Shown: positions 6,964 through 12,727 of the stretch, piece after piece | Layout of the letters: each line of letters opens with the position of its first letter | Position numbering within the stretch: position 1 is the stretch's first letter | DNA from: a bacterium | GTDB lineage: Bacteria; Bdellovibrionota_C; UBA2361; CALJRW01 | DNA: 12,727 bases | Direction: 5' to 3' | Assembly (NCBI GenBank): GCA_031385045.1 | Contig: JANNBC010000032.1 | Location: 1 to 12,727 of the forward strand | Translations under genes and position numbers: made by a program | Notes under the pieces: model-generated | The model's database searches: none | The model's input: the letters and a program-made list of their open reading frames with translations, nothing else | What the model was told of the DNA's origin: nothing

Positions 6964-7989
6964 ATGCCAATAGTTAACAAAGAACAATATTTAAAATTAA
7001 TCCAAAAAGCTAAAGCTGAAAAATATGCTTACCCTGCAATTAACGTTGTAAACATCGAAGGAATCCTTGCTGCGCTAGAAGCTTTTACTGAGGCTAAGTC
7101 TGACGGTTTTATCCAGTTCTCTTTAGGTGCTGGTGCTCACGTAACTGGTAGTATTAAAGATTCTGTTCTTGGTGCAAAAATTTTAGCTGAGGCGACTCAT
7201 CAACTTGCTGCAAGGTATCCAGTGAACGTAATCCTCCACACAGATCATTGTATCCCAGAAAAAGCTCCTGGATTTTTAGATCCATTATTTGCTATTAGCA
7301 AAGAAAGAGTTGGGAATGGATTAGCTCCGCTTTTTAATAGCCATATGTTTGATGGTTCCGAATTAAACTTAGCCGATAATATTAAAACTGCTAAGAAATA
7401 CTTAGAAATGGCTAGCTCAGCGCAAATGCTGCTAGAAGTAGAATCTGGTGTAGTTGGTGGCGAAGAAGATGGAATTGATAATTCTCATGCACCTGCTGAG
7501 AAGCTTTACACTAGCCCAGAAGATATGATTAGTTTCTACAAAGAACTAAAAGATATTGGAGAGTTCTTATACGCAGCAACTTTTGGAAATGTTCATGGAG
7601 TTTACAAACCAGGGAATGTTAAACTTAGCCCAAAAATTCTTCGTGATGGACAAGAAGCAGTAGCTAAAGCTTATAAGCTTTCTGCTAATCCACTAAACTT
7701 GGTGTTCCATGGGGGTTCAGGTTCCGAGCTGTCTGATATCCATGAAACTTTAGGTTACGGGGTAGTAAAAATGAATGTTGATACTGATACTCAGTATGCC
7801 TTCACTAAGCCAATCTTTGATCATATGCTTAAAAATTATGATGGTATCTTAAGAATTGATGGTGAAGTTGGTGATAAGAAAACTTATGATCCACGCGCCT
7901 ACATGAAGAAAGGTATCGCTGGTATGAAAGCAAGAATTATCAAGGCTTCTGAAGAATTAAAATCTGCCGGCAAAAGCTTAGGACAATAA
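6964..7989 (+). CDS. fbaA: Class II fructose-bisphosphate aldolase
   Basis: Motifs YAYPAINV, LHTDHC, PLFNSHMFDGS, GVVGGEEDG, AATFGNVHGVYKPGNV, LVFHGGSGS, GVVKMNVDTDTQYAF, KKTYDPR. The ATG at 6964 (MPIV) is preferred over TTG 6898. Confidence 0.96.
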   Translation: MPIVNKEQYLKLIQKAKAEKYAYPAINVVNIEGILAALEAFTEAKSDGFIQFSLGAGAHVTGSIKDSVLGAKILAEATHQLAARYPVNVILHTDHCIPEKAPGFLDPLFAISKERVGNGLAPLFNSHMFDGSELNLADNIKTAKKYLEMASSAQMLLEVESGVVGGEEDGIDNSHAPAEKLYTSPEDMISFYKELKDIGEFLYAATFGNVHGVYKPGNVKLSPKILRDGQEAVAKAYKLSANPLNLVFHGGSGSELSDIHETLGYGVVKMNVDTDTQYAFTKPIFDHMLKNYDGILRIDGEVGDKKTYDPRAYMKKGIAGMKARIIKASEELKSAGKSLGQ

Positions 7990-7995
7990 TTCGAG

Positions 7996-8029
7996 ATAAG
8001 TAGAGGCGCAGAAATACGTCTCTACTTAT
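7996..8029. terminator. Hairpin between convergent fbaA and IMPase-family genes (GTAG...CTAC REP-like)
   Basis: ATAAGTAGAGGCG (7996-8008) pairs with CGTCTCTACTTAT (8017-8029) with one G-U, around a central GAAA. Confidence 0.6.
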
Positions 8030-8870
8030 TTAAAATATCTAACATCTGCTTCTGAATCTCAGAATCAATACACCAAAGTAACTCTGGAATTGTAGCTCCA
8101 GGGTGAGCAACGAATAAAGAGATTTCATTTCCTGAAAAATCAGTCATTAATCCCCCACCTTCCATCGCAATAAAAGCAGAAGCTGTATTATCAATTAGCT
8201 GAGCATCTTGTCGAATACTGGCATAAATCTCTCCTGTCATTAAGCGACTAGCAGTAATTAATGGATGGTGCAAATCAGCCGATTTAATATTAGGTAATAA
8301 TTTTAAATTAGTTTTTAAAAACTTATCTCTAATCTGCTCATTCCAAGAGGCATCAATCCAATAAGGATTTTGTTTGGTAATCTTAAACGGTTTTCCTAAC
8401 TGATTACTAACTAACTCAGCATCAGTAACAACCCAAGCTCCCAAGCCTCTTACTGCATAATATCCAAGCTCCTCGTAGGGAACATAAATAATGGAAGCTT
8501 CAATAATTCCAGCCTTAAGAATTGTAATGATAATAGAAAATCGTGGCGAGTTTTCTTGGTATGGCAAAGTGCCATCAATTGGATCAATAAAAATTTGGTA
8601 TTCAGAGTTGCGATTAAAATATTTATCATTATAGGAGCTAGCATACTCTTCCCCAGCAAACATCACTTTGGGATTTTGAGCTAAAGAAATTACCTCAAAA
8701 AATGTTTGGATTGAAAGATCGGCGTCGGTTAAGGCCTCAGCAAAAATATTGGCCATATTATCTTTCTTTTTCTTATCAACATTTTTCTGAATTGCCTTGG
8801 CATATTTCCCAGCGATGGGTAAATATGGGAAGTATTGTCGTAGAAGTTCTAAAGCCATAAAACTAACCAT
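8022..8870 (-). CDS. Inositol monophosphatase (FIG superfamily) protein
   Basis: Motifs TDADLSIQ, GEE, IDPIDGT, and IDNTASAFIAMEGGGLMTDFSG (variant of WD-x-AAG-x-x-I-x-x-EAGG). The start is uncertain: ATG 8870 or 8858 is more plausible than TTG 8927. Confidence 0.88.
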   Translation of the reverse strand: MVSFMALELLRQYFPYLPIAGKYAKAIQKNVDKKKKDNMANIFAEALTDADLSIQTFFEVISLAQNPKVMFAGEEYASSYNDKYFNRNSEYQIFIDPIDGTLPYQENSPRFSIIITILKAGIIEASIIYVPYEELGYYAVRGLGAWVVTDAELVSNQLGKPFKITKQNPYWIDASWNEQIRDKFLKTNLKLLPNIKSADLHHPLITASRLMTGEIYASIRQDAQLIDNTASAFIAMEGGGLMTDFSGNEISLFVAHPGATIPELLWCIDSEIQKQMLDILNK

Positions 8871-9127
8871 TAAATCTCGGTTAAAAGTATTAGTACTAAA
8901 GCTAGCAGTTTCCTTGGGTCTCAACAATTGGCGTTACAGCATCAATGCTTAGCAAAAAAGGTTAACATGCTAATTTAACTTTATTTTTTGATAAATTTAG
9001 TTCAATTTAAAAGTATATTTTGTTCGCAACTAAATATGCCGAATAAGCATCTAAATATTTGATTTAAATCATCAAATTACAATTTTCATGTTTTTAAAAA
9101 CAAGGCTGTCTTTTTCTAGAGTAACCA

Positions 9128-10264
9128 ATGCTTGCTAAAGGTTCCTCTGCAATTACCTCAAGTAGCTTAACCCAAGATCAGAGCTACGCCCAAAATTTAG
9201 CAATAAATGCCAGAGAGATTGTAGAAAGCTTAACGCTGATTCCAATGATTCAATCTGGTCCAACGGTTGACTACCTTCTAAATGAACTTGATAAACAAGG
9301 TAAAGATCATTTAATTATTCTTGATCAAAAAGTACAAGGAATTGAACAGATTGCAGTGCGTACAAACTATGGCTACGAATATCAATCTGGCAATAAAAAA
9401 ATTACGGTGATTGATCACCATGTAAATGACCCAGAATTTTCCAGATTATCAACAGGTAATTTAGCAATTGAATATTTCAAAGCTTTCCCTGATGGCCCCC
9501 CGAAAGAGGCCCTAATCACGATTACACATGGTGACTGCGATAGCGTTATCTCCGCACTGATCATGAAAAAACAAGTACCAGCAGAACCAGCTTTTGGAGT
9601 AGCGGTGATGTCAGCGGATCACAACTTTGAAAAAAATAAAATTGCAGATTTGTTACAAGCATTAGAATCAACTCCAGGACTTAATGAAACTGTAAGAAGT
9701 TTTATTCCAACAGCCGAGGAGCTCATAGCTGAAGATCCACTAAGGGCATATCGACTAGACTTGCCAGAGAAACCTTTCATTCCCTCATTAGAGCTTTCAG
9801 TTAGAAACTTAGGATTGTTGCTGGCGAATAATGAGCTAGATCCAGACGCCCAAATGAAAGTTCAACAAAGAACCGATGCTAGACTTAAATGGATTGAAAG
9901 AATTGAAAACCAACAAGTTGTAGCTTTAGAGAATGGGACTAATTATTGTATTATTCCAGATAAGATCACCAGTGATCCCTACCCGGAATTTCTGCAAGCA
10001 CTACTACCAAATGCCAAGATTATTTTGGTATTTCACAATCCTCCAGAAGACTTTAATTTCATGCAAGTCAGAGCAATTTTGGGGAATGCTGCACCTAGTC
10101 AGATAGCCCTTAATGATGGTTTATTGATTCCTCAAGATCTAATTCCAGGCTTTGGTGGCCGACGTGATGCTGGATCAAATCGTCGTAATATGATTAGCCT
10201 AGTGGCCGATCCAAAACTTGTAGCAGAACAAGTCGACTCAAATCTTTGGAGACAATTGAAATAA
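9128..10264 (+). CDS. Hypothetical protein with DHH-like phosphoesterase motifs
   Basis: ITVIDHH, ITHGDCDSVISAL, SADH and C-terminal FGGRRDAGS (DHHA-like GG motif). Confidence 0.6.
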   Translation: MLAKGSSAITSSSLTQDQSYAQNLAINAREIVESLTLIPMIQSGPTVDYLLNELDKQGKDHLIILDQKVQGIEQIAVRTNYGYEYQSGNKKITVIDHHVNDPEFSRLSTGNLAIEYFKAFPDGPPKEALITITHGDCDSVISALIMKKQVPAEPAFGVAVMSADHNFEKNKIADLLQALESTPGLNETVRSFIPTAEELIAEDPLRAYRLDLPEKPFIPSLELSVRNLGLLLANNELDPDAQMKVQQRTDARLKWIERIENQQVVALENGTNYCIIPDKITSDPYPEFLQALLPNAKIILVFHNPPEDFNFMQVRAILGNAAPSQIALNDGLLIPQDLIPGFGGRRDAGSNRRNMISLVADPKLVAEQVDSNLWRQLK

Positions 10265-10455
10265 TTTTTTAGTTGTTCGATTCTTGCTTTACAAAGTTCT
10301 AGTGCCGAGAAGTGAGAAGCTTGATAGGGCTAAACTTGCGAAAGATTTTGTGAATATGATTAGGATTTGAAGGATATCGTCCGTCTCTTTTTGCAAGGCA
10401 AAAAAGATGTGGATACAGGTAAAATAGTATCTATTGAGTTAAGTTTGGAAATAGA

Positions 10456-10510
10456 GTCCGACTTCGCTTCCTCTTTAGCTAATGCTACAGCAAACAAGAA
10501 AGCTAAGTCG
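10456..10510. repeat. Self-nested REP-like palindromic element, degenerate copy 2
   Basis: Ungapped 39/55 nt match by my count to 3670-3724. CGACTTCGCTT (10459-10469) pairs with AAGCTAAGTCG (10500-10510). Confidence 0.6.
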
Positions 10511-10565
10511 TTACCAATTCACTTCCAGTGGATTTATCACGACGAAGCGCCGATAGGCGCGAAGT

Positions 10566-10642
10566 TGGAGCGGGTGAAGGGATTCGAACCCTCGACCTCC
10601 TCCTTGGCAAGGAGGCGCTCTAGCCAGCTGAGCTACACCCGC
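10566..10642 (-). tRNA. tRNA-Gly (anticodon GCC), CCA encoded
   Basis: Reverse complement GCGGGTGTAGCTCAGCTGGCTAGAGCGCCTCCTTGCCAAGGAGGAGGTCGAGGGTTCGAATCCCTTCACCCGCTCCA folds as a cloverleaf with anticodon loop TTGCCAA and T-loop TTCGAAT. Confidence 0.97.
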
Positions 10643-10662
10643 AGGTCGATTAGGTGGTAATA

Positions 10663-10689
10663 ATTATAGTAATGATAATTTATTGTCAA
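10663..10689 (-). promoter_or_regulatory. Candidate sigma70 promoter of tRNA-Gly
   Basis: Perfect TTGACA (10684-10689) and TATAAT (10663-10668) with a 15-nt spacer, 20 nt upstream of the tRNA. Confidence 0.6.
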
Positions 10690-10806
10690 TTATCGGTGTT
10701 TAGGTTAAATTTTTATAAGTGAATATAGGATTTTATGTTCAAAAAGGAACTGTCAAAGGTTAGCAAATAACATCTCTCCAAGAATGATTTTTATACAAAT
10801 TTTACA

Positions 10807-11088
10807 ATGAATGACGAATTAAACAAACGTGGCAAGGCTTTAGAAGATGGTTATTTTGCTCAAAAAGATCATCGAATCTTAGAGAAATTAAATACTAAAG
10901 CCAGCATTCGCCTCTGCCCTGCCGACCAAACAAAGCTAACTACAATTATGCAAGATGGAGTAGAGATTGATGTCTGTGAAAAGTGTGGTGGTCTTTGGTT
11001 AGATAATGGTGAATTAGAAAAAATAATTGCTCATTCCAAAGAACAAAATAAAAGTTGGCTTGATGAACTAATCAATAAAATCGTTTAA
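10807..11088 (+). CDS. zf-TFIIB-type zinc-ribbon protein
   Basis: CPAD...DGVEIDVCEKCGGLWLDNGELEKI, preceded by a charged helix RGKALEDGYFAQKD. Confidence 0.85.
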   Translation: MNDELNKRGKALEDGYFAQKDHRILEKLNTKASIRLCPADQTKLTTIMQDGVEIDVCEKCGGLWLDNGELEKIIAHSKEQNKSWLDELINKIV

Positions 11089-11101
11089 TTTTTAATTAAT
11101 A

Positions 11102-11632
11102 ATGTTAGCAAAATTACAATTAAGCTTTGCTAATTTTTTCTTTGCCAAACCAGAACTTAGAAAAACCAGAGTTAGATTAAGAGCTCCAAGAATTAGTGTA
11201 ACAAAATCAGAACCTGAGCTACTTAAGATTTGGGATAAGTTAAAACAAGAATACTTCCCTACTCATCAGGAGTTAAATAAGTATCAAATTGCTTGGAGTA
11301 CCAGAGCTCAAAAGAGAACTCTTGCTTCCTGTAATATTCAATACAAACGAGTAGTTGTGGCAAGAGAGCTTAATTATCCAAATTACCAGCAGTGGCTGGA
11401 GCCACTAATTTACCATGAGATGTGCCACGCGGTAATTGGTTTTAATGTTAAAAAAAATCGTAAAGGTCGCGCTTGGCATGGTGCTGAATTTAAAAATTTA
11501 GAAAGACAACATCCTCAAATGGCTGAGTTCGATCTCTGGGCTAAATCTGGAGGCTGGCTTACAGCTGTGCGTAGCGATCGTGGAAGAAGAGTGGCAGCAA
11601 GAAGATTTAAAATCAAACTGAGTACTAATTAG
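11102..11632 (+). CDS. SprT-like zinc metalloprotease domain protein
   Basis: HEMCH zincin motif with downstream WHGAEFK and upstream IAWS...RTLASC. Confidence 0.8.
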   Translation: MLAKLQLSFANFFFAKPELRKTRVRLRAPRISVTKSEPELLKIWDKLKQEYFPTHQELNKYQIAWSTRAQKRTLASCNIQYKRVVVARELNYPNYQQWLEPLIYHEMCHAVIGFNVKKNRKGRAWHGAEFKNLERQHPQMAEFDLWAKSGGWLTAVRSDRGRRVAARRFKIKLSTN

Positions 11633-12540
11633 TGATTAGTAGAAGAGACTTTCTTAAGGGCGTTTCTGCCAGTATCCTACTCAGTAGTACTTGGGCATCT
11701 GCCGCAGAGCTTAGTCAACAAAATGTCCTTCTTAATCAACAAATAATTAAAATAAAAAACCTCAGGCCAAGCTTTAAAGATTACAGAATTCTATTTATCA
11801 GCGACATACACCATGGACCATTCTTGCCAGAAAGTTGGTTTGCAGAAACTATCAATTACATCAGAACTCTGGAATATGACATTCTTGTTTTAGGTGGAGA
11901 CTACCTCTGCCTTCCAGATAGTTATCTAAAACAAAATATCTATCCTTGGCATAATCAAACCTATAAACATTCTTTTCCACTTAGTAAAATAAAAGGTTTA
12001 ATTTTTAAATCACTATGTGGAGAATTAGACGATCTAAAAGTTAAGGATGGAATCATTGCTACTTATGGCAATCATGATCGCTGGTCAGCACAAGATATTT
12101 GTTATCCATCATTTAAAAAAATTGGAGCATCTTTTCTAGTTAATCAGCCAAAGATTATTAAGCGAGGAGAAGACAAACTACTCTTTCTTGGCGTTGATGA
12201 TTTCTGGACTGGATTTCCAAAAGTTAATATTAAAGATTTTAACGATCCAAGCATTAACCATCGAGTGATTATTAGCCATAACCCTGACTTTATTAGCACA
12301 CAATTAAGTAACGAACAGATTCCGTTTGATTTGGCACTATGTGGGCATACTCATGGTGGACAAATTAGAATTCCTGGTCTTGGTGGACTTTATTATAATA
12401 TTAAAGATACACGACTAGCTACCGGATTATTCACTGAAAATGAGAAGCAAGTCCTGACAAATAATGGTGTCGGAACAGTAGAACTGCCCTATCGTTTTAA
12501 TTGCCCCCCCGAGGTTTGCTTACTAACGCTGGCTGCCTAA
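11632..12540 (+). CDS. Calcineurin-like metallophosphoesterase with Tat signal (YkuE/YaeI-like)
   Basis: Twin-arginine motif SRRDFLK and motifs SDIH, GGD, GNHD, SHNPD, GHTHGGQ. The GTG start overlaps the upstream TAG by 1 nt. Confidence 0.92.
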   Translation: MISRRDFLKGVSASILLSSTWASAAELSQQNVLLNQQIIKIKNLRPSFKDYRILFISDIHHGPFLPESWFAETINYIRTLEYDILVLGGDYLCLPDSYLKQNIYPWHNQTYKHSFPLSKIKGLIFKSLCGELDDLKVKDGIIATYGNHDRWSAQDICYPSFKKIGASFLVNQPKIIKRGEDKLLFLGVDDFWTGFPKVNIKDFNDPSINHRVIISHNPDFISTQLSNEQIPFDLALCGHTHGGQIRIPGLGGLYYNIKDTRLATGLFTENEKQVLTNNGVGTVELPYRFNCPPEVCLLTLAA

Positions 12541-12603
12541 GCCGCTTTTCGGCAAGCTTTTAGTTGCATAGCTTGATCAATCAGCTATATACTAAAACCC
12601 ATT

Positions 12604-12727
12604 AGAGACTCTGTTAATAGTCAATAAAAAACAATTAAATGTTTTAAATATGTTGAGTTAAATATCGGTCACTAGACCATTGTTTTCCGTCCCGCACCAT
12701 CGCATTTAAAGTAATTAGTAGCTTTCT
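12604..12727 (-). mobile_element. Right end of an IS110-family insertion sequence (continues beyond the window)
   Basis: Transposase-like C-terminus followed by TTGACTATTAACAGAGTCTCT, i.e. a -35 box and a terminal CT, as in IS110-group right ends. The boundary is inferred. Confidence 0.65.
12644..12727 (-). CDS. IS110-family transposase/recombinase, C-terminal 27 aa (partial)
   Basis: My translation of the minus strand gives RKLLITLNAMVRDGKQWSSDRYLTQHI*, matching the typical IS110 ending RKLL-x-x-LNAM-x-RDG-x-x-W. It is not in the ORF track. Confidence 0.8.
   Translation of the reverse strand, partial: RKLLITLNAMVRDGKQWSSDRYLTQHI

Noticed and set aside
2517..8659. Small ORFs 2517-2699, 3874-4140, 5703-5891 and 8450-8659
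   Set aside because: Each overlaps a well-supported gene (hipA, ftsA, ftsQ, IMPase) antisense or out of frame.
9000..10566. Integrative element or prophage at tRNA-Gly
   Set aside because: No integrase and no duplicated tRNA 3' end (att site) visible in the window.
10367..10660. 97-aa plus-strand ORF
   Set aside because: Antisense to tRNA-Gly and spans the repeat element; ERVKGFEPSTSSLARRRSSQLSYTR is the typical translation of a reverse-strand tRNA.
1..12727. DGR template repeat, reverse transcriptase or avd gene within the window
   Set aside because: I saw no third copy of the VR flanks with AAC-rich content and no ORF with RT motifs. Both VR-like copies are in-frame gene ends and neither has A at all variable sites.

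Overview
AT-rich bacterial chromosomal window. The left 3.6 kb is an accessory block: two paralogous minus-strand genes (202-999 and 2718-3506) flank a hipB-hipA toxin-antitoxin operon. The 3' ends of both paralogs carry the sequence signature of diversity-generating retroelement (DGR) variable regions: A-poor invariant flanks, NNY codons differing mainly at codon positions 1 and 2, and, for the left copy, downstream CTTGG repeats plus a perfect 30-bp palindrome. I could find no template repeat, reverse transcriptase or avd gene in the window, so they look like remote, trans-diversified DGR targets. The rest is mostly housekeeping: ftsQ-ftsA without an adjacent ftsZ, a small lipoprotein, a short FliA-like sigma factor, class II fructose-bisphosphate aldolase, an inositol monophosphatase-family gene, a DHH-like protein with permuted motif order, tRNA-Gly(GCC), and a zinc-ribbon/SprT/Tat-metallophosphoesterase operon. 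Two copies of a self-nested REP-like repeat occur, and the window ends in the 3' end and probable right end of an IS110-family element. All counts were made by eye and no database searches were run.
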